Program-made: the position numbers and the translations under genes | Source: an uncultured Actinomycetes bacterium | GTDB lineage: Bacteria; Actinomycetota; Thermoleophilia; UBA2241 | Assembly: GCA_963725665.1 (NCBI GenBank) | Contig: CAVRZA010000003.1 | Location: 128,001 to 192,000 of the forward strand | Reading direction: 5' to 3' | DNA: 64,000 bases | Shown here: in pieces, positions 11,309 to 25,747 of the stretch | How the letters are laid out: every line of letters begins with the position of its first letter | How positions within the stretch are numbered: the stretch's first letter is position 1 | The notes under the pieces: generated by a model | Database searches by the model: none | Told to the model about the DNA's origin: nothing | The model's input: only the letters and a program-made list of their open reading frames with translations

Positions 11309-12328
11309 ATGCTTCTTGAAACAGGGATCCCACCGTGGGCCTTCCTAGACCGCAGCATGGGGGCCAAGAGCACTGCCCGTCCGCGAATCCAGTGTCCACG
11401 TGCAGTCTGGCCAGTCGATGTTGTCGCCCCTGGGGTGATAGGCCGCGGTGCCGAAGCGGATGTTGGGCGGGCTGGTGACGGGGAGCGGCGGAGGGTCGAG
11501 TCGAGGAGAGGCTTGCTGATCGCGGTTTGTCTGGTGGCGCTCGTTCTGGGCCTGGTGCCGGCAAGTACCGTCGTCTCCGGTTGCGGATCGCGCGCAGGAG
11601 GAGACGGGCGGGTGGAGGATCTGACCTGGATTCTTCAGTCCTATCGGGACGCGGAGGGTGAGACGAGGGCCGTTCGCGCCGATGTGCGAGTAGACGCGAT
11701 GTTCGCGGCTGGCAGGGTCAGCGGCTCGTCAGGCTGCAACGACTACCAGGGACCGGCCCGGATCTCGGGCAGCAGTATGCAGAACGGCCCACTGGTCACA
11801 ACGAAGAAGACGTGCCTTCCCTCGGTCATGAAGATCGAGCAGGCGTATCTCGCGAACCTAGAGAGCGCGGCCGCTGGAGTCGAGGACAAGTCCGGATCTC
11901 TTGTCATCAAGGATGCAGACGGTGCTGCGCTCCTCACGTTCGCAAGGGAGAAGCCGCGCCAATTCTCAGGTAGTTCTTGGAGGCTGGCCTTCTGCACAAA
12001 TGGGAGTGGTGGGGTGGTTTCGGTGCTCAAGAACACGTCTGTCAATATCACCTTTGACGAAGAGGGGAACCTCGCCGGCTTGGCAGGCTGCAACTCGTAC
12101 TGGGGCACCTACGCCACAGAGGACAACAAGCTTTCGATCGGCCCCGTTGGTTCCACTGAGCAATCCTGCGCGGAGCCGGCCGGCATCATGGAACAGGAGA
12201 AGGCCTACCTGAAGGCGTTGCGGGACGCTGCCACCTTCAATATCAAGGGGGACACCCTCGAGCTGAGATCGGGCGATGGGAGCCTCCTCGCACTGTACGA
12301 CGCCTGGAAGGTGCCGCCCGGCGGCTGA
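11309..12328 (+). CDS. Lipoprotein with two META (HslJ-like) domains; true start probably ~11490-11513
   Basis: Hydrophobic signal ending VSGC; two G..GCN.Y.G / GP..ST...C...M..E.AYL..L units. Confidence 0.8.
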   Translation: MLLETGIPPWAFLDRSMGAKSTARPRIQCPRAVWPVDVVAPGVIGRGAEADVGRAGDGERRRVESRRGLLIAVCLVALVLGLVPASTVVSGCGSRAGGDGRVEDLTWILQSYRDAEGETRAVRADVRVDAMFAAGRVSGSSGCNDYQGPARISGSSMQNGPLVTTKKTCLPSVMKIEQAYLANLESAAAGVEDKSGSLVIKDADGAALLTFAREKPRQFSGSSWRLAFCTNGSGGVVSVLKNTSVNITFDEEGNLAGLAGCNSYWGTYATEDNKLSIGPVGSTEQSCAEPAGIMEQEKAYLKALRDAATFNIKGDTLELRSGDGSLLALYDAWKVPPGG

Positions 12329-12523
12329 TTCCGGGCGAACTGCCAGTAGGTCCTACCGGCTCCTCACTTCCATCAAGTCCTCAGACGCCAGGAAAGGCAC
12401 GGCACTGGCACTGTGCCTGCGCGCCACCTACGAGTGTCTCTACGGTGACCAGTTGGCGGGGTGCTGACGCGTTGCTGCGCGAGGCCGTCGCCGCTCGTGT
12501 GTGTTCGTGTTGAGGGCCCGTCA

Positions 12524-12552
12524 TTGCGAACATACGTTCGCATTGGTAGTGT
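12524..12552 (+). promoter_or_regulatory. SOS (LexA) box overlapping a sigmaA-type promoter of uvrB
   Basis: TGCGAAC-ATAC-GTTCGCA (12525-12542) matches Gram-positive GAAC-N4-GTTC; TTGCGA-N17-TAGTGT with TG extension. Confidence 0.85.
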
Positions 12553-12642
12553 AGACAATTGGGCGCGGCCGTCGGCGGTCGCCCCGCGGCCGCCGGCCGC
12601 CGCGCCCACGTCCTTGCGTCCCGAATGGGGTATCTAGAGACC

Positions 12643-14667
12643 GTGAGCGAGTTCAGCCTGCGAGCCGACTACAGCATGACCGGCGACCAGCCGCAGGCGG
12701 TCGACGCGCTGGCCGAAGGCGTCGTGCGCGGCGACCGCTATCAGACGCTGCTGGGCGTCACCGGCTCGGGCAAGACGTTCACCATGGCCAACGTGCTGGC
12801 GAAGGTGCACAAGCCGACGCTGGTGATCGCCCATAACAAGACGCTGGCCGCCCAGCTCTGCAACGAGTTCCGCGAGTTCCTGCCTGACAACGCCGTCGAG
12901 TACTTCGTCAGCTACTACGACTACTACCAGCCCGAGGCCTACGTGCCGGCGCGCGACCTCTACATCGAGAAAGACTCCTCGATCAACGACGACATCGACC
13001 GCCTGCGCCACGCCGCCACGAGCGCCCTCTTCCTGCGCCGTGACGTGGTCATCGTCGCCAGCGTGAGCTGCATCTACAACCTGGGTTCGCCCGAGGAGTA
13101 CCTCGACAGCGTGGTGCTCCTGCAGGTCGGCGAGGAGGCCGAGCGCGACCACCTGCTGCGCCGCCTTGTCGACATCCAGTACCAGCGTAACGACTTCGAG
13201 CTTGGGCGGGGCAAGTTTCGCGTGCGCGGCGACTCCTTCGAGCTATGGCCCGCGGGCGAAGACGTGGCGCTGCGCGTGCAGCTCTGGGGTGACGAGATCG
13301 AGGAGATTGCCCGCTTCGACCCCGTCAGCGGCGAGGTCACCGAGCGGCTCAAGTACGTCGCGGTCTACCCGGCGACCCACTTCATAACGAGCGGACCGGC
13401 CATCGAGCGCGCGCTGGCCGAGATCCAACAGGAGCTCGACGAGCGCTGTGCCTCGTTCGAGTCGCAGGGCAAGCTCCTCGAGGCCCACCGTCTGCGTCAG
13501 CGCACCCAGTACGACATGGAGATGATGCGCGAGATGGGCTTCTGCAGCGGCATCGAGAACTACTCGCGCGTGCTCGACGGCAGGGCGCCGGGATCGACCC
13601 CCAGTTGCCTGCTCGACTACTTCCCCGACGACTTCCTCTGCTTCATCGACGAGTCGCACATGACGGTGCCGCAGATCGGCGGCATGTACGAGGGCGACCG
13701 CTCGCGCAAGCAGACGCTGGTCGACTACGGCTTCCGCCTGCCCAGCGCCCTCGACAACCGCCCGCTGCGTTTCGACGAGTTCGTGGCGCGTGTGCCGCAG
13801 ATCGTCTTTGTGAGCGCCACGCCGGGTGTCTTCGAGCTGCGCAACAGCGTCAACATCGTCGAGCAGATCATCCGCCCCACGGGGCTCGTCGACCCCGAAG
13901 TCGAGGTCCGTCCGACGCAGGGACAGATCGACGACCTCATGAACGAGATCCGCGCCCGTGTCGAGCGCGACGAGCGCGTGCTGGTCACGACGCTCACAAA
14001 GCGCATGAGCGAGGACCTGACCGACTACCTCATCGAGATGGGCTTCAAGGTGCGCTACCTGCACTCCGAGATCGATACGCTCGAGCGCATCCAGATCGTA
14101 CGCGAGCTGAGGCTGGGCGAGTTCGACGTGTTGGTGGGCATCAACCTGCTGCGCGAGGGCCTCGACCTGCCCGAGGTGACCCTCGTCGCCATCCTCGACG
14201 CCGACAAGGAGGGCTTCCTGCGCGGGCAGACGAGCCTCATCCAGACGATCGGGCGCGCGGCGCGCAACGTGAACGGCACGGTGATCATGTACGCCGACAC
14301 CCTCACCGCCGCCATGCGCACGGCCATCGATGAGACCAACCGTCGCCGCCGCTTGCAGGCGGCCTTCAACGAGGAGCACGGCATCGAGCCGAAGAGTATC
14401 GTGAAGGCGGTGAGCGACATCGCCCAGTTCGCCGCCGCCGAGCAGGGGCCGGGGGTGCCGAGCGGGCGCAGGCGCTCGCTCAAGGGCCGTCAGGAGGAGC
14501 GCGCGGTGATGCCGGCTGAGGAGGTCGAGAAGCTGATCGCCAACCTCGAAGCGGAGATGTTCGCGGCGGCAGATCAGCTCAAGTTCGAGTACGCCGCCAA
14601 GCTGCGCGACGAGATCAAAGAACTGACGCGCGAACTAGCGCGGCGCGGCGTGGCCGCGCCGCGCTAG
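12643..14667 (+). CDS. uvrB: Excinuclease ABC subunit B
   Basis: [29 protein letters not shown]-terminal UVR domain; start GTG 12643 or ATG 12625. Confidence 0.98.
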   Translation: MSEFSLRADYSMTGDQPQAVDALAEGVVRGDRYQTLLGVTGSGKTFTMANVLAKVHKPTLVIAHNKTLAAQLCNEFREFLPDNAVEYFVSYYDYYQPEAYVPARDLYIEKDSSINDDIDRLRHAATSALFLRRDVVIVASVSCIYNLGSPEEYLDSVVLLQVGEEAERDHLLRRLVDIQYQRNDFELGRGKFRVRGDSFELWPAGEDVALRVQLWGDEIEEIARFDPVSGEVTERLKYVAVYPATHFITSGPAIERALAEIQQELDERCASFESQGKLLEAHRLRQRTQYDMEMMREMGFCSGIENYSRVLDGRAPGSTPSCLLDYFPDDFLCFIDESHMTVPQIGGMYEGDRSRKQTLVDYGFRLPSALDNRPLRFDEFVARVPQIVFVSATPGVFELRNSVNIVEQIIRPTGLVDPEVEVRPTQGQIDDLMNEIRARVERDERVLVTTLTKRMSEDLTDYLIEMGFKVRYLHSEIDTLERIQIVRELRLGEFDVLVGINLLREGLDLPEVTLVAILDADKEGFLRGQTSLIQTIGRAARNVNGTVIMYADTLTAAMRTAIDETNRRRRLQAAFNEEHGIEPKSIVKAVSDIAQFAAAEQGPGVPSGRRRSLKGRQEERAVMPAEEVEKLIANLEAEMFAAADQLKFEYAAKLRDEIKELTRELARRGVAAPR

Positions 14668-14708
14668 TTCGCGCGACGAGGTTTCGCGAAGGGAACCGTA
14701 GGCAGGGT

Positions 14709-17801
<3,093 letters not shown>

Positions 17802-17808
17802 GCGCAGG

Positions 17809-19740
17809 ATGTCAACCAGCTCCCGCACCGTGACCGATCTACGCGAGACCGTCGCCCGACTCCCGAACGAACCCGGTGTCTACCGCTTCCTCGACGAGGC
17901 CGGGGATGTGCTCTACGTAGGCAAGGCCAAGGCGCTGCGCAAACGTGTGCTGTCGTACCTCAGCAAGGCGCACGACGCACGCATCACCGAGATGGTCGCC
18001 CGCGCGCGCGATGTGGAGTGCGTCGTCACGCGCTCCGAGCGCGAGGCGCTCCTCCTCGAGGACAACTTCATCAAGGAGTTCCGTCCGCCGTTCAACCTGC
18101 GACTGCGTGACGACAAGAGCTACCCCTTCATCGAGATCACGCTGGCCGAGGAGTGGCCTCGGGTCCGCTTCACGCGCGAGCGGCACGCGCCGGGAAACCT
18201 GTACTTCGGCCCGTATTCGAGCGCGAAGAAGGTGCGTGAGACCCTGGAGCTGATCGGGCGCATCTTCCCGTACCGCAAGTGCCCGGGCGAGAAGCCGGGG
18301 AGGCGCAGCGGGACGCCCTGTCTGCAGCACTTCATCAACCGCTCGCTGGCGCCCTGCGACGATCGTGTCTCGCACGAGGAATACATGCGCGTCATCGAGC
18401 AGGTCATCGACTTCTTGCGCGGCCGCCTCAGGGAGGTCGCGCGGCACATCGAGCGCGACATGCGTGAGGCGGCCGCGAGCCAGGAGTTCGAGAAGGCGGC
18501 GCTGTTGCGCGACCGTCTCGAGGCGGTGCGGCACGTGCAGGAGCGCCAGGCGGTCGAGCACGAGGGCGGCGGCTCCTTCGACGTCGTCGGCCTCTACCAG
18601 GGCGACCCCGGGGGCAACCTGCAGGTGTTCCGCGTGCGCGACGGGGCGCTGGTCGACCGGCAGACGTTCTTCGTCGAGAACGCCGTCGGGCGCGAGACGG
18701 CGACGGTGCTCGAGGAGTTCCTGCTCGCCTACTACGGCGAGGGCGTGACGATCCCGGCTCAGGTGATCGCGGACCTGGGGAAGGAGCAGGCCTTCGACGT
18801 GGCCGCCCTGCTCGGCGGGCGGCGCGGGTCCAGGGTCGAAGTGCGGCGCGCGCTGCGCGGCGTCAAGCGCCGTCTCTGGGAGCTCGCGCAGCGCAACGCC
18901 GCGCTTGCCGCCGAAGCCGAGAGCGAGCGCCTGCAGCACCGCCGGGAGAGTCGCGAGCTGGCTCTGCAGGGGCTGCGCGACGCGCTCGGGCTGCCGTCCC
19001 TGCCGCTGCGCATCGAGTGCTACGACATCTCGAACCTGGGCGAGGCCCACCCGGTGGGCTCCATGGTGGTCTTCGAAGGGGCGCTGCCGAAGAAGGCGCA
19101 TTACCGCAAGTTCGCCGTGCGCGCGGTGTCGGGCCAGGACGACATCGCCATGATGCACGAGGTGCTTCTGCGCCGGTTCAGGCGTCGCGACGCGGGCGTG
19201 GGCCACGGTGCTGGGCGCGAAGGTCCGGGCGGCCGCGGGGGCGACGGTGATGGCGACGGGGACGGGCCGGATGGGGGCGAACCCTACGACGAGAGCTTCG
19301 CGCGCCTGCCCGACCTCGTAGTCATCGACGGTGGCAAGGGGCAGCTCTCGGCGGCGACGGCCGCCCTCGAGGAGCGTGGCCTCGAGCTGCCGGTCGTCGG
19401 CCTTGCCAAGCGACGCGAGGAAGTGTTCGTGCCGGGGCGGCCGTCGCCCGTGGAGCTGCCCCCCGACGAGCCGGCCTCGCTGCTCCTGCAACGCATCCGC
19501 GACGAGGCGCATCGTTTCGCCCTCACCTTCCACCGCCAGCGGCGCGGCGGCGCGGTGACCAAGACGTCGATCTTCGATGCGCTGCCGCAGGTCGGCCCTG
19601 TGCGGCGGCGGAGGATCCTCCAGCACTTCGGCAGCCCGGAGCGCTTCGTGGCGGCTTCGCGGGAGGACCTCGAGCAGGTGCCGGGGCTGCCGGTCAGGGT
19701 GGCGCGCGAGATCTACGCGCAACTGCACAAGGCGGGATAG
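17809..19740 (+). CDS. uvrC: Excinuclease ABC subunit C
   Basis: GIY-YIG PGVY..YVGKA, RIECYDIS, IDGGKGQ, RDEAHRFA, HhH. Confidence 0.97.
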   Translation: MSTSSRTVTDLRETVARLPNEPGVYRFLDEAGDVLYVGKAKALRKRVLSYLSKAHDARITEMVARARDVECVVTRSEREALLLEDNFIKEFRPPFNLRLRDDKSYPFIEITLAEEWPRVRFTRERHAPGNLYFGPYSSAKKVRETLELIGRIFPYRKCPGEKPGRRSGTPCLQHFINRSLAPCDDRVSHEEYMRVIEQVIDFLRGRLREVARHIERDMREAAASQEFEKAALLRDRLEAVRHVQERQAVEHEGGGSFDVVGLYQGDPGGNLQVFRVRDGALVDRQTFFVENAVGRETATVLEEFLLAYYGEGVTIPAQVIADLGKEQAFDVAALLGGRRGSRVEVRRALRGVKRRLWELAQRNAALAAEAESERLQHRRESRELALQGLRDALGLPSLPLRIECYDISNLGEAHPVGSMVVFEGALPKKAHYRKFAVRAVSGQDDIAMMHEVLLRRFRRRDAGVGHGAGREGPGGRGGDGDGDGDGPDGGEPYDESFARLPDLVVIDGGKGQLSAATAALEERGLELPVVGLAKRREEVFVPGRPSPVELPPDEPASLLLQRIRDEAHRFALTFHRQRRGGAVTKTSIFDALPQVGPVRRRRILQHFGSPERFVAASREDLEQVPGLPVRVAREIYAQLHKAG

Positions 19741-19748
19741 GGGGAGCG

Positions 19749-20363
19749 ATGGCGCGACGCGTCGAGTACTACGAGACGTCGTTCGGCGTCGGCAGGCTGG
19801 TGTTCGAGGAGGACCTCCCCGTCGAGCTTGACCTGCCCGCGCCCGGACGGCGGGCGAGCGAGAGCGAGCCCAGGCGCGGGGGTGCGGGCCGCGTTGGATT
19901 CGAGCACGACGGAAGCGACGAGCGCGACGGTAAGCCTAGCCGCTGGGGCGACCTGCTCGCACGCTATTTTGCCGGCGAGCAGGTCGCTTTTCCCCTCGAC
20001 CTGGAGCGCTTCCTGGACGCCTACGGCTTCACCGCCTTCGAGCGCGACGTGCTGCGCGCCCTGTCACGCGTACCCTACGGACGGGCGGTGAGCTACGGCG
20101 ACCTGGCCGCGGCAGCCGGGCGGCCACACGCCTACCGTGCGGCGGGCAGCGTCATGGCGCGCAACCCGCTGCCCGTGATCCTTCCCTGCCACCGCGTCGT
20201 GCACAGCGACGGCAGCCTGGGACGCTACGGCGACGACCCGAGCTGGAAGCCCCGTCTCCTGCGGCTCGAGGGGCTGGACCCCGAGCAGCTTCGCCAATCG
20301 AGGGAGCACGCCAAGCGGCGCGCCGGCGCGCCGCGAGCGGCGGCATCGCGATGGAGTTCGTGA
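19749..20363 (+). CDS. ogt: Methylated-DNA-protein-cysteine methyltransferase
   Basis: VPYG...SYG.LA, RAAG, active site PCHRV. Confidence 0.9.
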   Translation: MARRVEYYETSFGVGRLVFEEDLPVELDLPAPGRRASESEPRRGGAGRVGFEHDGSDERDGKPSRWGDLLARYFAGEQVAFPLDLERFLDAYGFTAFERDVLRALSRVPYGRAVSYGDLAAAAGRPHAYRAAGSVMARNPLPVILPCHRVVHSDGSLGRYGDDPSWKPRLLRLEGLDPEQLRQSREHAKRRAGAPRAAASRWSS

Positions 20364-21208
20364 TCGTCACCGGCCTCTCGGGGGCCGGCAAGTCACAAGC
20401 CATCGACGCGTTTGAGGACGCCGGCTACTTCGCCGTCGACAACCTGCCGCCGCAACTGCTGCCGACGCTCGCTGACCTCTTCGCGCTGAAAGGGAGCAAG
20501 GTCGAACGAGTAGCGGTCGTCAGTGACGTGCGCGGCGGGTCGTACTTCGCCGAGCTCGAGCGTCTGCTCGGAACGCTCGAGGAACGCGGCGTGCGCTACA
20601 CGCTCGTGTTCCTCGAGGCCTCTGACGAGGTACTGATCCGCCGCTTCACCGAGACGCGCCGCCGTCACCCGCTGGCCAGGGACGAGACCGTCCTCGAAGG
20701 GATACGCGAGGAACGCGCCCTCCTCTGTGGACTGCGCGAGCGCGCCGACCTCGTGGTCGACACGAGTGAGCTCTCCATCCATCAGCTGAAGGCCCTGCTG
20801 AGCGACAACGTCATCAAGCCGGGCAAGAGGCCGACGCTCGTCTTCGCTTTCGTCTCCTTCGGTTACAAGTACGGCGTCCCGATCGACGCCGACCTGCTGT
20901 TCGACGTGCGCTTCCTGCCCAACCCCTACTGGGACCTGCGTCTCAAGCCGCTGAGCGGGCTCGACGAGCCGGTGCGCGAGTACGTGCTCGACTCCGACGG
21001 CGCGCGCGAGTACCTGGAGCGCCTCACCCACCTCCTCGACTTCCTCTTCCCCCGCTACGTGGCCGAGGGCAAGGCGCACCTCACCGTCGGTGTGGGCTGT
21101 ACCGGAGGACGACACCGCGCCGTCACCGTGGCCGTCTGGCTCGCCGACCACTACCGGCAGCAGGGTTACCAGACCGTCGTGCGCCACCGCGACATCGCGC
21201 GCGAGTGA
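20351..21208 (+). CDS. rapZ: RNase adapter RapZ/YvcJ P-loop protein
   Basis: TGLSGAGKS, VDNLP, SFGYKYG, DVRFLPNP, GCTGGRHR. Confidence 0.95.
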   Translation: MEFVIVTGLSGAGKSQAIDAFEDAGYFAVDNLPPQLLPTLADLFALKGSKVERVAVVSDVRGGSYFAELERLLGTLEERGVRYTLVFLEASDEVLIRRFTETRRRHPLARDETVLEGIREERALLCGLRERADLVVDTSELSIHQLKALLSDNVIKPGKRPTLVFAFVSFGYKYGVPIDADLLFDVRFLPNPYWDLRLKPLSGLDEPVREYVLDSDGAREYLERLTHLLDFLFPRYVAEGKAHLTVGVGCTGGRHRAVTVAVWLADHYRQQGYQTVVRHRDIARE

Positions 21209-21285
21209 CGTGGACGGTCCGGTCGCGGAATGAGGCTCGCACCCCGCCGCCTTGCCGCGGTGCTCGAGCGCCTGGCGTACTGACC

Positions 21286-22203
21286 GTGTCGTTCACCGGC
21301 GACGTCAAACGCGAGCTCGCCGGCCTGCCGCTGGGGTGGGGGCATTGCCGGCAGGCCGAGCTCTCGGGCCTGCTCTTCGGCGCCGGCACGTTTGAGATCG
21401 CCTCCGGTGGCCAGTACGCGGTGCGTGTCTCACTCGGCCTGCCGGCGGTCGTCCGGCGTCTGGTCGCCTTCGTGCACAGCTTCGACGTCGCCGTCGAGCT
21501 GCGCACGGTGGAGACGGCGCCTCTCGGCTTGCGCTACGAGGCGGTGCTGGGCGACGACGCGCGTCAGCTCCAGCTCCTCAACGAGCTCGGGGTGCTGAGC
21601 GACTCGTTCCGCTTTCAGGGCCGCCTGCCGCGTCGGCTTGTGGAGAGGCGTTGCTGCGCCGTCGCCTTCGCGCGCGGCGCCTTCCTCGCCTGCGGCTCCA
21701 TCTCGACACCGGGCGACCCCGTGCACGCGGAGCTCACCGTCGAGGACCCGCTCCTGGCGCGCGACTTGGCCGCCCTGCTGCGGCGCCTGGGGCTGCCGTT
21801 CTCGCTCTCCGAGCGGGGGCGCAACGTCGCCTGCTACAGCAAGCGCGGCGAGACCGCGGCCGATCTGCTCGCCACGCTGGGAGCGCACGACGCCCGTCTG
21901 CGCTGGGAGGAGCACCTCGTGCTGGGGCGCGTGCGCGAGCGCGCCAACCGGCTGGCCAACTGTGACGAGGCCAACGCGCGGCGGGCGGCGGCGGCGGCGC
22001 GCCGCCAGACCGAGCTGGCGCAGGCGCTCGTGGCCGACCCGCGCTGGCCGACGCTGCCGCCGGCCCTGCGCGAGGCGGCCGAGCTGCGCCTGCGCCACCC
22101 CTACCTGAGCCTGCAGGAGCTCGCCCGCAAGCGCCGCCCGCCGCTCACCAAGTCGACGCTCAACCATCGCTTCAGGCGCATCGAGCAGCTCGTCGGGCGC
22201 TAG
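21286..22203 (+). CDS. whiA: DNA-binding protein WhiA
   Basis: SFT..VK.EL, RGAFLACGS, NRLANCDEAN, SL.EL...TKSTLNHR.RR. Confidence 0.92.
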   Translation: MSFTGDVKRELAGLPLGWGHCRQAELSGLLFGAGTFEIASGGQYAVRVSLGLPAVVRRLVAFVHSFDVAVELRTVETAPLGLRYEAVLGDDARQLQLLNELGVLSDSFRFQGRLPRRLVERRCCAVAFARGAFLACGSISTPGDPVHAELTVEDPLLARDLAALLRRLGLPFSLSERGRNVACYSKRGETAADLLATLGAHDARLRWEEHLVLGRVRERANRLANCDEANARRAAAAARRQTELAQALVADPRWPTLPPALREAAELRLRHPYLSLQELARKRRPPLTKSTLNHRFRRIEQLVGR

Positions 22204-22214
22204 CCGCCCGTCCG

Positions 22215-22319
22215 CCGTTGCCATCGCCGGCGCGCGCTCGCCGGCTGCCATCGCCGGTTGATCGCCGGCGCGCGCTTGCCGGTTGCCATCGCCGGTTGAT
22301 CGCCGGCGCACGCTCGCCG
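22215..22319. repeat. 38-bp tandem repeat, ~2.6 copies
   Basis: ATCGCCGGCGCGCGCTYGCCGGYTGCCATCGCCGGTTG at 22223 and 22261, partial copy at 22299. Confidence 0.85.
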
Positions 22320-22544
22320 CCTCCCTCGGGAGGCCTCGTCTGGCCGGTCTCGCGCCGTCTCGCCGGCGCAGGCGCTACCTCTTCGATGTCCGCTCGCGCC
22401 GTCATATACTCCCACGGGCGCGTAGGGCCTGGAGCGGTCGTGCATCCTCGCGACCGAGGCTTCTCCACGGTGTCACCCTGCGGGTGGGTTTGAAGGCAAC
22501 CGGCTTTGGTAAGCTCCCTGGTGGTCAACGACGCGGAGGATCAG

Positions 22545-23543
<999 letters not shown>

Positions 23544-23689
23544 AGGAGAGCAGCAGTCGCGAGAGAGCTGGGGGCCGGCGCGCCCGTGCGGGCGCGCCGG
23601 CCCCCAGCGCACCGCCGCGACGGGGGCGGGCGCGTGCACGTCGAGGAAGAGCGGCCACCTGCCGCTCACCGCGAAGGGAGGCGACACCC

Positions 23690-24878
23690 GTGGCCAAACG
23701 GTCCGTCAGCGACTACCCAGTGGAGGGCAAGCGCGTCTTGATGCGCGTCGACTTCAACGTGCCCTTGAAGGAGGGCGGCGTCGCCGACGACACGCGCATC
23801 CGCGCCGCCCTGCCTACCATCACCTACCTCCTCGAACGCGGCTGCCCGGTGATCCTCTGTTCCCATCTCGGGCGCCCCAAGGGCCAGGTCGTCGAGGAGT
23901 TGCGCCTCGCGCCGGTGGCGAAGCGCCTCGCGCAGCTCCTGCGGGCGCGAGGTACGCAGCGCGGGAGACTGTGTAGGGCCCGAGGTCGAGGCGGCCGCGG
24001 CGGAGCTGCCGCCGGGGGGCGTGCTCCTTCTCGAGAACTTGCGCTTCCACAAGGAGGAGACAGACAACGACCCCGAGTTCGCGCGCCGGCTGGCCGGACT
24101 CGCTGAGGTGTACGTGAACGACGCCTTCGGCAGCGCCCACCGCGCCCACGCCTCCACCCAGGGCGTCGCGCACTACCTGCCGGCCGTGGCCGGCTTCCTC
24201 ATGGCTAAGGAGCTCGAGATCCTGGGCCGTCTGCTCGCCGAGCCCGCGCGGCCCTTCGTCGTCGTTCTCGGGGGGGTGAAGGTCTCCGACAAGATCGGCG
24301 TTATCGAGAGCATGCTCGCCAAGGCCGATTCGGTGCTCATCGGCGGCGCCATGTGCTACACCTTCTTCAGGGAACAGGGCAGACCGGTGGGCACGTCGCT
24401 GGTCGAGGCCGACAAGCTCGACGTGGCCCGCCAGGCGCTCGACGCGGCCGCGGCGAGCGCCTGCGAGTTCCTGCTCCCCGTCGATGTGGTCGTGGCGCCC
24501 GAGCCCGTGGCCGGTGCGCCCAAAGAGACCGTCACCGCCGATGCCATCCCGGCCGATCGCATGGGTCTCGACATCGGACCCCAGACGGTCGCCGCCTACA
24601 CGGAGCGCATCGCCGCGGCCGGCACCGTGTTCTGGAACGGGCCCATGGGGCTCTTCGAGACCCCCGACTTCGCCGACGGCACCCGTGCGGTGGCCGAGGC
24701 GGTGGCGAGCTGCGCCGGCATCACGGTGACGGGCGGCGGCGACACGGTGAGCGCGTTGCGCGCCTTCGGTCTCGAGGAGAAGGTCACGCACGTCTCCACG
24801 GGCGGCGGCGCCTCGATGGAGTTCCTCGAAGGGCGCCCCCTGCCCGGCGTCGAGGCACTGCTCGATGCGCGGGAGTAG
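23690..24878 (+). CDS. pgk: Phosphoglycerate kinase (one extra base ~23942, probable sequence error)
   Basis: RVDFNVP, SHLGRP in first frame; LLENLRF, NDAFG..HR, GGGD, STGGGA in second. Confidence 0.93.
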
Positions 24879-24935
24879 CGGCGAGCCTTGACGGGGGAGG
24901 CTGATGGCGTCGGTGGCGACGAGAAAGGAACGGCG

Positions 24936-25707
<772 letters not shown>

Positions 25708-25747
25708 CGGGCGGCGCCGGCATCCGCGCCGCGGCGAGAGCGCGGGC

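Larger units (their letters stand above)
1503..12470. other. Accessory, decaying metabolic block between slt and uvrB
   Basis: Most genes frameshifted or truncated; less GC3-biased codon usage by eye; interrupts a housekeeping run; no integrase or direct repeats seen; boundaries approximate. Confidence 0.6.

Noticed and set aside
12406-12420. sigma54-like TGGCAC-N5-CTGC
   Set aside because: Imperfect -12 element, no activator gene nearby, and a better LexA-controlled sigmaA promoter lies downstream
1503-12470. Integrative mobile element or prophage
   Set aside because: No integrase, transposase, tRNA target or flanking direct repeats seen
22215-22319. CRISPR array
   Set aside because: Repeats are directly tandem with no unique spacers, and there are no cas genes
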